A DNA stretch of 64,000 bases, from assembly GCF_030028105.1 (NCBI RefSeq), contig NC_092374.1, forward strand, positions 176,786,057 through 176,850,056. Reading direction: 5' to 3'. Below are positions 25,201 to 37,200 of this stretch, in pieces; position 1 is the first letter of the stretch; the number at the start of each line of letters is the position of its first letter. The position numbers and the translations under genes were made by a program. Source of the DNA: Mobula birostris. Taxonomy: Eukaryota. Below the pieces are notes generated by a model, which saw nothing but the letters and a program-made list of their open reading frames with translations, was not told the origin of the DNA and did no database searches.

Positions 25201-28200
25201 CCCTGGAGAGTGCAGTATGAAATCTTTACAGAACTTATCTGTGAAGCAAGTTCATAGGTTATGAAATAGGTGCAGCATACTTTTGCTTGATGTGTCGTTG
25301 GGATTAGCTCCCTTTAAGTTCAGAACTTAACTGGATGCCATAGCAAGATAAGAGTCCTCAGATGGGTGCAATCTGTTTTGCTTCCTCTGTTCCTACATTT
25401 AGATTAGATTATGAGGATACTCAGTCCTCGTTTATTGTCATTTAGAAATACATGCATGCATTAAGAAATGATACAATGTTCCTACAGAGTGATATCACAA
25501 AATAAGCTGGACAAACCAAAGACTAACACTGACAAGACCACATAATTATAACATATAGTTACAGCAACAGTTAACCATTTGGATGGTTAAGTAGGGTGTT
25601 GAATTAGTACTTTACTTTAAAGTCACTTGAGGTCTTTTCAACTTATTGGCTTACTTCATTTCAACTCCAAAAAGAGGACCTGACCAGTGGAATTCAAAAT
25701 TAAGCTGCCTACTCCTCGTTAAACCAAATTACTTCATCTGTTTTATGTATTAATTCATTTAGTATGGCTGCCTGTCTGTGAGCTAATATGACCACACATT
25801 TCTGCAGTCCTCTCCAGGGAATGTGTTGAGATAGAGTCAAAACTTTCTATACAATAGATGGATCTCTGCAGAAAAGAGTATTCAGCAGAGCTCGGAAAAG
25901 TGAAGAATATATGTACAGAAGAGATAATTTCATGCTGGGGGAATCAAGAAATTGTAACCGTGCAGACTTGATGAGCTCTAATATACACAGGAAGGAATTC
26001 AGGAGAAACATCTTTGGTAGGACAAAGGGAAAGAATGAAAAAATACTTTCAAAAGTGTCATTCTTTTAATCAGGATGCATTTTTCAAGAACGTGGACAAG
26101 GACATGAATGAGAATGGGTGAAGGACTATACAAATACTCAGAATAGTGCAGAGTGTGAATATAAACATGGACTATTTGGATTTTTTTGCCTGTTTCATGT
26201 AATCTATATTATTCAGTGTAACCAAGCTTCCATTCGTTGATTGGGATCAATGACAGTTGTGCTCACTGTGCTTACATTCTTTAAAGTGAGTTGTCTTGCC
26301 ATGATTCAGCAGTGTCTCTTCCAGATTCTTCTACCTGCAATTTCTTCTGTCTGCAAGCATAAACAATCCACTTCCCTCTTCGTTGCTGCCTGACCCTCAA
26401 ACCTCTTGCTGTAATATTTTGTTGTTCAATATTCCAACAGCTGCAGTCAATTTTGTCTGCCTCCCCAGCATCTGTCACTAGTCCTGCTTGCCTGTATTTC
26501 ATGTGCTTATCACCTGTCCTCAACGGCATCCAATTATCACCCCAGCCACCAAGGTGATACTTTCTTCTTGCTGCTGCCATCAGAAGGAAAGTACAGGAGT
26601 TTCAGGACTAACACAACCAGGTTCAGGAACTGTTATTACTCCTCAACCATCATTCTCCTGAATCTATAGAATGGTGAAAGGTCTTGATAGAGTGGACGAG
26701 AAGGGAACGTTTTCTATGGTGGGAGTGCCTAAGACCAGAGAAAACAGCCTCAAAATAGAGGACCATCCTATTAGAACAGGGATGACGAGGAATTTCTTTA
26801 GCCCAAGGGTGTGAATCTGTGGAACTCGTCACAGACAGCTGTGAAGGCCAAGTCTTTATGCATATTTAAGGCAGAAGTTGATAGATTCTTGATAGGTCAG
26901 GGCACAAAGGTATATGAGGAGAAGGCAAGAGATTGGGGCTGAGAGGAAAAATAGATCAGCCATGATGAAATGGTGGAGCTGACTCCATGGGCCAAATGGA
27001 CTAACTCTGTTGCTATATCATATGGTCTTGTGGTCAAAGAGGATGACTTCACTCAACTTTACTTGCCACATTAAAATGTTCCCACAACCAAAGGAATCAA
27101 TTTCAAGGAATCTTCATCTCATGTTCTTGGTACTTATTGTCTGTTTGTTTGTTTATTTATTTATTTATTATTTTTTGTTTTTGTTAGTATTTGCACAGTT
27201 TGTTGTCTTCTGCACACTGACTGAAGGCCATGTTGGTGCAGTCTTTCATTGATTCTGTTACAGTTATTATTCTATTTTGGATTTATTGAGTATTCCCACA
27301 AGAAAATGGATCTAATGGTTGTATATAGTGACATATATGTAGTTTGATAAAGGTTGAGCTAAAATATTAAATTTCCATTTCGCTCCACAGATACTACTTG
27401 ACCAATCGAATTCCCCCAACAACTTGTTTGTTACCCTACATTCTAGTATCTGTATTCTCTTACGTCTTCACAATTCAGTAGTGGATTTGTCCAGATAGGA
27501 GCTAATCTAAGTGACCCAAACTATGAGTAATGTCAGATAATTATAGTGCAGGGCCTCTCTACCAGTACATTTAACACCAAATTAATCCTTTCATAAGTAC
27601 ATAGTGCAATCAACCAATCTATACTATGTGGTAATGTGGAAAACCAGGAATTCTTGGACAGGAGAATTCTGCCACTTCTTCTATGGTCAGTTGAATTATC
27701 TTCATCACTCAGTCTGTCTCATCCTGGCTTGTAAATCATCACTGGTTAAAAATGTAGGAGATGGAACCTCCGCAACACCTGAGGCAGGAAATACTTACTG
27801 CCATTATTGGCAGGTAATAAAAAGTAGCTGACTGTTGGTCATAAATCTCATTCATCTGCCCTGACAGATTAGTGAACTTCAGAGGGGACAGTACTTTGGG
27901 AGTTCTTCACTGCCAGAGTACTTAACATCAAATAGCCTCCCTATCTGCACTTTCAGGGGATATAAATATTTCACACCTGTATACTGAGAATACTGTTGAT
28001 ATCCATTAAAATTTCAGAAAGAAAACCACTGGCTACTTATTGTTACATTGTTACCTACAGGAACATGTTGGATGCTTTCATATCAACAGTGATGAAATGG
28101 TTTGAGAGGCAGGTCATGACTAGACTGAATTCCTGCCTCAGCAAGGACCTGGACCCATTGCAATTTGTAGGTCGATGGAAGATGCAATCTTAATGGCTGT

Positions 28201-31200
28201 CCACATGGCTTTAGACCACCTGGACAATACTAACACCTACTTCAGTGTGCTGTTCATCCACTATAGTTCAGCATTTAATACTATCATTCCCATAATCCTG
28301 ATTGAGAAGTTGCCTGGGCCTTTGTACCTCCCTCTGCAATTGGATCCTCGACTTCCTAACTGGTAGACCACAATCTGTGTGGATGGTTATTAGCATATCC
28401 TCCTCACTGACAATCAACATCAGCGCACATCAGGGCCGTGTGCTTAGCTCACTGCTCTGCTCTATATACAGATGACTGTATGGCTAGGGATAGCTCGAAT
28501 ACCATCTATAAATTTGCTGATGATACAACCATTGTTGGTAGAATCTCAAGAGGGCATACAGGAGTGAGATATGCCAACTAGTGGAGTGGTGCTGCAGCGA
28601 CAACCTGGCATTCAATGTCAGTAAGACGAAAAAGCTGATTGTGGATTTCAGAAAAGGTAAGACGAAGGAACACATACTAATCGACATAGAGGGATCGGAA
28701 GTGGAGAGAGTGAGCAGTTTCAAGTACCTGGGTGTCAAAATCTCAGAGGATCTAACCTGGTCTCAACAAATTGATTAAGTTATAAAGAAGGCATGATGCG
28801 GCTATACTTTATTAGAAGCTTGAAGAGATTTGACATGTCAACAAATACACTCAAAAACTTCTATAGATGTACCGTGGAGAGCTTTCTGACAGACTGCATC
28901 ACTGTCTGGTATGGAGGATGGGGGACGGGGGATGGGGGATGCTACTGCACAGGAGTGAAAGAAGCTGCAGACGGTTGTAAATCTAATCAGCTCCATCTTG
29001 GGTACTAGCCTACAAAGCATCCAGGACATCTTCAGGGAGCAGTGTCTCAGAAAAGCAGCGTCCAATATTAAGGACCTCCAGCACCCAGGGCATGCCCTTT
29101 TCTCACTGTTACCATCAGGTAGGAGGTACAGAGCCTGAAGACACACACTCAGTGATTCAGGAACTGCATCTTCCCCTCTGCCATCCAATTCCTAAGCGGA
29201 CATTGAATCCTTGGACACTACCTCACTGTTTTTAGCATACAGTATTTCTGTTATTTGCAAGTTTTTTTTAATCTACTGTAATTGATTTACTTGTTTATTT
29301 ATTATTATAATTACTTTTTTTTCTCTTCTGGATAATGTATTGTATTGAACTGCTGCTGCTAAGTTAACAAATTTTGTGTTGCACGCTGATGATATTAAAC
29401 CTGATTCTGATTCTGATTCTGTGAGGCAGTAACTAGTCTAGAAGTGCTAATATATTAGGTCAGGAAGCACTGCATCAAGAAAGCAGCATATGTCATCCAA
29501 TATCCCTGCCATCCGGTTCATGCCTTATTCTTCCTAATAGCATCAGGCAGGAGTTACAGAGCCTGTTGCTCCACACCATAAGGTTGAGGAACAGCTGCTT
29601 TCCTTCAGTCATCAGGTTTTTGAATTGAACTGTGCAACCTTAAGCTACATCAACAACAGAACACTGACCACCTCTCCCATTAGCATAGACTTGCTTCTGA
29701 TTGTGTTTTTCCTGATTGTCTTGCACAGTCTTTGTTTTTTTCTCTTCACTGTATTGTACAATTTGTAAATTAATCATATTCTGAATGTTGGCTGAATCTA
29801 TGTGCCCGGCATGCTGCTGCAAGCAGGTTTTTTATTGCACCTGTATGTCACTGTACTTCTGTATGTGAAAATAAACTTGACTTGATGTGTATTAACATTC
29901 TGTTATTTGTCTGGCATTTCGTATTCCACAGAATATCATTATTCCTGACCAATTAGAAATTAAGCAGTACATATGAAAACATGTGTTTTAAGGCTCTTAA
30001 TGTATTCTGCATTGTTGCTTGCCCCAAGTGATCAGCCTGAAGCAACAACAAGGATCTCTGACTTGCCACTTACCCTGTGGTATATTGAGTCCCTGCAGGA
30101 GGGTGGCATGCTCGATGTAACAGGAGTATTTTGCCCCCTCAGCTTCATTCAGTGTAATCATTTTCATCACCTGATAAGTCCCATCATGGTTGGGTAATAC
30201 ATCACTGGATCCAATCTCGGGGACCCACTCACCATCTCTCAGCCATGAAACATCGATAGCCTGTGGGTAGAACCCTGTGACAAGGCAGGAGAGTCTCAGC
30301 GGTTGAAATCCATCACTCCTAATACTGATAAACACTTCAGGGATTGCTACAAATGTAAAGAGTATCAACATCAGTGAAAATATGAAAAAACAGTTTTAGT
30401 TGTGACATCAATTCTACTCCCCTCTCTTCCAACTAGAGTTTATCTCAGTGTACCCAAAGCACCTTTTCACCAGTGTCACTATTTACTGAGGGTTTGCCTA
30501 TCCCTGGTGTTGTGGAAGATAGGCCTGGCAGCATTATCCATAACATTTCGGTCTGCTGGACATTGGTACTCTACTTGTCCTTTGTTAAGAACACTTCCAG
30601 GTAAACACCTTTGACCACAGTTACATCAGGTAGTGGTCAGCATGAGACTTCCTTCAGGTACTATGACATAGGGACACTGGATAAGATAATGTTGTTCCCT
30701 GACCGTCCAGATCTTCTGGTGGAATGTCTCATTACCAAATCTCACCACTGAGCAATAAGACAGTGCTTGGCTGGCAGTGAGAAGGACAATCTCAGTCAGA
30801 TACTCTCTGTACAGATGTCATATCATCCCCAATACCTGCTGCTCTCAGGATACCTGTGGTGGGAAGTATCTGGTCACCCACCTTTGTCCAGATTTGCTAG
30901 GAGGGAATAGGGAAGAATGCAAAAGTCTCTGTTCTGGTTCATTCCCAGCAGTTGCATAACAGAGGGCTGTCTGATCTACAGAGCGTTTCCAGGGTCACAT
31001 ATCAAGAAAGACTCTGCTGAATGACAGCACTAATTATTTTAAGAGATAAGTCAAGAAAAATATCTTTAATTAGAATACTGTTAGAATTACTCGCAATTTA
31101 AGCAGCATTCCAGCCAAATGATTTTGCTGCATTTAAATGAGGCAATGTAAGACAATTACAAACTTAACTGGATGCCTTAGCAAGGTAAGAGTCCTTCGAT

Positions 31201-34200
31201 GGGTGCAATCTGTTTTGCTTTTAGATTTGCTTTGTTCCTACATTTAGATTAGATTATAAGGACACTCAGTCCTCATTTATTGTCATTTAGAAATGCATGC
31301 ATGCATTAAGAAATGATACAATGTTCCTCCAGAGTGATATCACAAAAAAAAAACAGGACAAACCAGGGAACAACACTGACAAGACCACATAATTATAACA
31401 CATAGTTACAGCAGCAGTTAACCATTTAGACAGTTAAGTAGGGAGTTGAATTAGTAAATTACTTTAAAGTCATTTGAAGTCTTTTCAACTTATTGGGTTG
31501 TTTCATTTCACCTGCAAAAAGAGGACCTCCCCAGTGGAATTCAAGACTAAGCTGCCTACTCCTCTTTGAGCCAAATTACTTCATCTGTTTTATGTATTAA
31601 TTCATTTAGTATGGCTGTCGGTCTATGAGCTAATACGACCACGCATCCTGAACTAATATTAACATACACAATTGGATTGGGGACTGGTGCAGAATTCATT
31701 CCTCATAAGCATTTCTAACCCGTCTGCCTTATCTAATGGGTACATTGTCAGCTCTCTCATTGATTTCCTGTCAATGAACAATTGTTTAAGGGACAGCTCT
31801 TGATCTCACAATTTACCTCATTGTATTTCACTATATTTTATTCAGAGTTTGAAGAGATTTGATTTGGCACCTAAAACACTCAAAAACGTCTATAGATGTG
31901 CCGTGGACAGCATTCTGACAGTCTGCTTCACTGTCTGTTATGGGAGTGCTTCTGCTGAGGATCAAATAGAGCTACAGGAATCTGTAAACTTCTTGAGCTC
32001 CATCTTGGGTACCAGCCTCCATAGTATCCAAGTCATCTTCAAGAAGCAGTGCCTCAGAAAGGTGACACCCACTATTAAGGACCTAATCACCCAGGGACTG
32101 CCCTCTTCTCATTGTTATTATCAGGAAGGAGGTACAGAAGACTGGCGGCACACATTCAATGTTTCAGCAACAGCTTTTTTTCCCCTCTGTGATATGATTC
32201 CTAATTGTACATTGAACCTATGAACACCAACTCACTTTTTAAAAATATGCATTATTTCTGCTTTTGCACTATTTTTAATCTATTCAATATACATATATAT
32301 GCTCACTGTAATTGATTTACTTGTTTATTTATTTACTCATTCTTTATTTATTATCATTTGTTGCATTGTACTGCTGCTGCTAAGTTATCAAATTTTATGA
32401 CACATGCTAGTGACAATAAATCTGACTCTGATTCTGATTATGGCCCATACACTTCATTTGTTTATTTGCTCTGCTCTCTCTCTGTAACTGTAACTGCAAC
32501 AATATATTATGCATTTCATTCTTTAAGGTTGTCACAGTTGGAGCGGTAGTGGTGATAAGCTCTTACTAACTATTAGATGCTCCCATTGGCATGCATCTCA
32601 AATAGTCTCTGACAAACAAATTCTTCTCCTGGCCTTTATGTGGGATAAAGCTAAAATTCCAGCAGAACTGTTTCTACCGTCAGGAGAAAGGTGGGTTGCT
32701 GGCATCTTAAAACTAGTCACTTTGGCAGATGTCAGCCTTGGTTGACAGCTCACCTAGGAGAAGTAAAACTCTGATCTCCAACCTCTGCTGCCTTGTGGCT
32801 AGATTCACTCTTGGGGAAGGTTTTGGGAGTAATTCGTGAGGAAATATCCAGAGCTGGTCCCTAAGGCAGTGTGATGTTGAGTTCTAAACTGACTGGCAAC
32901 TCCTGCAATGCTGTTGGTTCCAAGCTGTATCAGTCTCTGCCATTCCTTGAAATTTAAGAGACTGCTAGACAGGTAAATGGAGGAATTTAAGATGGGGGTA
33001 ATATGGGAGGCAGGGTTTGAGGGTCGGCACAACATTGTGAGCCGAAGGGCCTGTACTGTGCTGTACTATTTTATGTTCTATGTTTACAGTTTTGTGTATC
33101 ACCTAGTCACTTAGAATGCAATATCCATGGTCAAATCCCCAACCAACAGAGGACCTGTATTTTGTATTTGATTAGTTCTTTTCTCTTTATACTATCTCAA
33201 TATACTAATGTTTGAGATGATCTGCATGGATGGCAAGCAAAATATTTTTTGTCCAGAGTATGTGACAATAATACTCCAGTTAACAATTACCTGAGGTTTG
33301 CCACATTTCTCACCTGGGCTATCTGGAGTATTTCCCCTGTACCCAACATTCAGAGTACCCAGGTATTATACCTCTCTGCCGTAGCGCTTCTTGCCCACAC
33401 TCAAGATATATCAGCAGCCACTTCACACAGTCCTTCTCCAAGAGAGCTTTGAAGTATTTGTTCATGAGCATGTTGACGTTCCACCGATCTGCAAGCACTT
33501 GGAACTGTGGATTTAGCACAATCCAACTCATTGCTTCCTTGTCAAAAACACATGCATCTTCGCCATCGTAGCCCAGTCTTATGAACCCATCTGTGGAGTT
33601 ATCATTCTTCAATTCACAGCCGCAAACCCCCTGGACAAAGAAATCAGCTGGGACTGAGGGAAGGGTAGGGGGGAAGAGGCAAGTGAAAAATAAACTGATG
33701 TGGCATGTAGGCATATAAGAAAGTAGAAGCATGAGTATCTCTTCTATTTTGTGCACGTCTACCCTAAACCCATCATCCTGCAGCCCCAGAAGCAATAGGG
33801 TTTCTCTTGGCTTCACCTACCACCCCACCTGCCTCCACGTCCAGCACATAATTCTCCATAACTTCCACCATCTCCAACAGGATCCCACATCCAAGAACAT
33901 CTTTCCCTACACCTATCCCCCTCGACTTTCTGCTTTCCACAGGAATCACTCCATATGCAACTCCCTTGTCCATTCGTCCCTCCCCACCGATCTCCCGCCT
34001 GGTACTTATCCTTTCAAGTGGAATAAGTGCTACACTTGCCTCTAGACTTCCTCCCTCACTACCGTTCAGGGCCCTAAACAGTTTTTTTCCAGGAGCAACG
34101 ACACTTCAGCTGTGAGTTTGTCGTGCCCATCTCCTGTGTCCAGCACTCCCAATGTGGCCTCCCACCCGATGTAGATTGGAAGATTGCTTCGCCGAGCACC

Positions 34201-37200
34201 TACGTTCCATCCACCAGGAAAATCAGGATCTCCCCGTGGCCTCCCATTTTAATTCCACTTTCTATTTCCATTCTGACATTTCAATCCATGGCCTCCTCTG
34301 CTGCTGTGTTCAGGACATACTCAGGTTGGAGGAGCAAAACCATATATTCCGTCTGGGCAGCCTCCAACCTGATGGCATGAACATCGATTTCTCTAACTTT
34401 CGGTAATGACCAACCCCCTTACCCCCTTCACCATTTCCCTTCCTCTTTTCCTCACTGACCATACCTTCTCGCCTGCCCGTTGCCTCACTCTGGTGCACCT
34501 CACCCTTTTCTTTCCTGCATGGCCTTCTATCCTCTCCTATTTGGTTCCCCCTTCTCCAGCCCTGCATCTCTTTCACCAAACAACTTCTCAGCTCTTTGCT
34601 TCACTCCACCCCCTCCCAGTTTCACCTATCACCTTATGTTTCTCACTCCCCTCCCCCCAACCTTTCAACTCTAATTCCACATCTTTTTTTCCTCTAGTCC
34701 TGCTGAATGTTCTCAGCCCAAAGCATCAACTGTATTCTTTTCCATAGATATGGCCTAGCCCACTGAGCATTTTTTGTGTGTTGTTTGGATATCCAACATC
34801 TGTAGATTTTCTCTTGTTTGAGGATGAGTAGGAACTACTTGAGCCAGAAAACATGGCTAATCCGCCCCAGATCTCAGTTCTTCTTTTTTACCTCCGCAAG
34901 CACTCAACTCCTCACTATTTCAGCATTTTATTCTACATTTAAAAATGTCGAATGGTCCAAGCTTCACACTCATAAGTGTAGAGAGTTCCAGAGAATTCAT
35001 TGCACTTCAAGAAGAAATACCATAGAGCCTCATTATTAAATTACTGCTCTCTAACCTTGTAATATTCTCTCCTCATTTAAAATTCTCCCAAGAGTGGAAA
35101 CTGTTCAACATATAATTACCTACAGATGTAGCACATAAATCATCACATCCATTGGTAACACAGCTTGTTATTGTAACTGCTCTACCCACCAATGCAAGAA
35201 GTTGCAGAGTACTTTATGAAAATCCGCCTGCCTTCCATGCACACCTTCTTGAGAAATCAGTCAACATATCAAAGTCACCTCCCATCCTAGTCATTCTCTA
35301 TTCTCCCCGCTTCTTTAGGCAGAAGATAACTACTACCAGGCTCAAGGGCAACATCTATCTTTCTCTTAATAGACTCTTGAATGGGCCATAAAGATAACTC
35401 TTGACCTCACCATTTACTTCAAAATAGTCCTTACATCTTATGGTTTGGCTGCACGACACTTACATGTAACTATAGCATAACATTCTGAATTCTGTTATTG
35501 TATTTCACTTTGTTCTAATGCAATCTATTTATGTTCTGAAATAATCTATATGGAAAGCATGCAAAATGAGTGTTTCAATGTAACTCAGTACATGTGAAAA
35601 TATTAAGCCAATTACACCTTCCCGTATACCCTTGAATTCTTTTTGTTTCAAAAAGTTCACTCCTCATTCTTCTGAATTCCAGTGAGTACCCATCTGGTAT
35701 TGTTAGCCGTTTATGATTTGACAGCCTTCTAATCCCAGGGATTAGTAAATGCTTCCCTTCTGCATCACCTCCAATGCCATCACATCCAGAAACAAACACA
35801 AATGCGCCTTAAATACAGTGACATTTTTCAAACAAGATCTTGTATTAGTGGCTCAATAGAACATATTAGGAAGGCACAGCATTGCAACTAGTAGAGGTAG
35901 AACCTTACCTGCCTCTAATTCTGAATGTTTGGAGTTTGTTCCCTCTGCGACCTTGTGAGTACTCCAGTTTCCTCCCATATCTCAATGATAATTTGCGTTC
36001 ATAGGATAATTGGCTAATGTATACTTGCCCAAATGTTTGGGTAAGTAACAAAAAAGCTGGGAGAGTTGATTAGAGTATGGAAAGAATAAAAATGGGATTA
36101 GAGCAGGACTATTGTCATCCTGCCAAAGGGTCTCAGGCAAAGACGTGGACTGTACTTTCATCTGGCAAATCTCAGTTTAGCATAACCTGTCCTGCAATTA
36201 TTGTTGCTAAAGTGAAGGGATGTTGATTCTACTCTTTTCCATAGATGCTACCTGCCCTGTTGAGTTCCTCCAGCATTTTGTGTGTGTGTGTTACTTGGTT
36301 TGCAGCACCTGTAGATTCTCTTTTGTTTGCTATTGCTGTTGATAGTCAGCAGGGGACAGTGGGCTGAAGGGGCAGCTTCCATGCTGTATGACCTGATGGC
36401 TCCAGGTTTACATATGGTAGACATGGAATACCCCCAAATATTAAGTGCCATACTTGGAGAATATTGAGAAAGCAACACTGAAGAAATTCCAGCAACACAC
36501 ACAAGATGCTGGAGGAACTCAGCCGGCTAGGCAGCATCTATGGAAGAAAGTACAGTTGATGTTTCAGGCTGAAACCCTTCAGCAGGACCATATTTTTTTT
36601 TCCATAGATGCTTCCTGGCCTGCTGAGTTCCTCCAGCATTTTGTGTGTGTTGCTCAGATTTCTAGCATCTGCAAAGTTTCTCTTGTTTCTGAAGAAATTC
36701 TGCTATGTCACAGCTACAATATCAGATGGGCAAAACTGTTGGAGAGGCAATATTGAAGGCCGAAGACAGAGCAGCAGATTAGGACTGTGGGAATGAGGCA
36801 ACATAGATGGAAAGTGCAGGCACTTTGGGGAATTGGACTGAGAGAGATCATTGCAATATCACAGGATCACTGTCAGTACTGAGGGTTGGCTACATTAATA
36901 GAACATTATAACTGAGGGAATACTATCAGTGATACAAATGTTCAGATAGAGTCAGGATCCTATCTTTGCACTATTGGGACACAAATAAACCAACGATTTC
37001 TCTTTCACTGCAGTCCAGCTAATGTATAAGATCCAACGTAGTGTAGGATTAGGGTGTAGGTCTTGCCAGTGCCTGTAACGGGTTTGTACACTTTCCCCAT
37101 GACCACTTTAGATTCCTTCCACTTTCCAAAAGGATACCGATTAGGATTAGTGAGCTGTGGGCATGTTGTGTTGACACTGAAAGTGTGCTGACATTTGCAG

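Larger units (their letters stand above)
25324..31646. repeat. ~480-bp direct repeat pair (25324-25799 and 31161-31646) flanking the alpha3 exon
   Basis: Colinear copies from aacttaactggatgcc to gagctaata(t/c)gaccac(a/g)cat, roughly 85-90% identical by eye. Both carry the same nested tttagattagattat...ttacagca element. Confidence 0.92.

Noticed and set aside
30400-31050. GC-balanced unique-looking stretch in intron 3 as a hidden exon
   Set aside because: Stops in the frames examined and no homology I can recognise.
33648-33816. N-terminal extension of ORF 33319..33816 ([10 protein letters not shown]...) as a signal peptide or longer exon
   Set aside because: It is intronic pyrimidine tract plus the start of a Penelope-like element; a proper leader exon exists at 46941-46992.
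36491-36654. CRISPR-like or tRNA/rRNA features
   Set aside because: Vertebrate repeat context with no repeat-spacer array. No intact tRNA or rRNA gene was seen anywhere; tRNA-like boxes occur only in decayed SINE heads.
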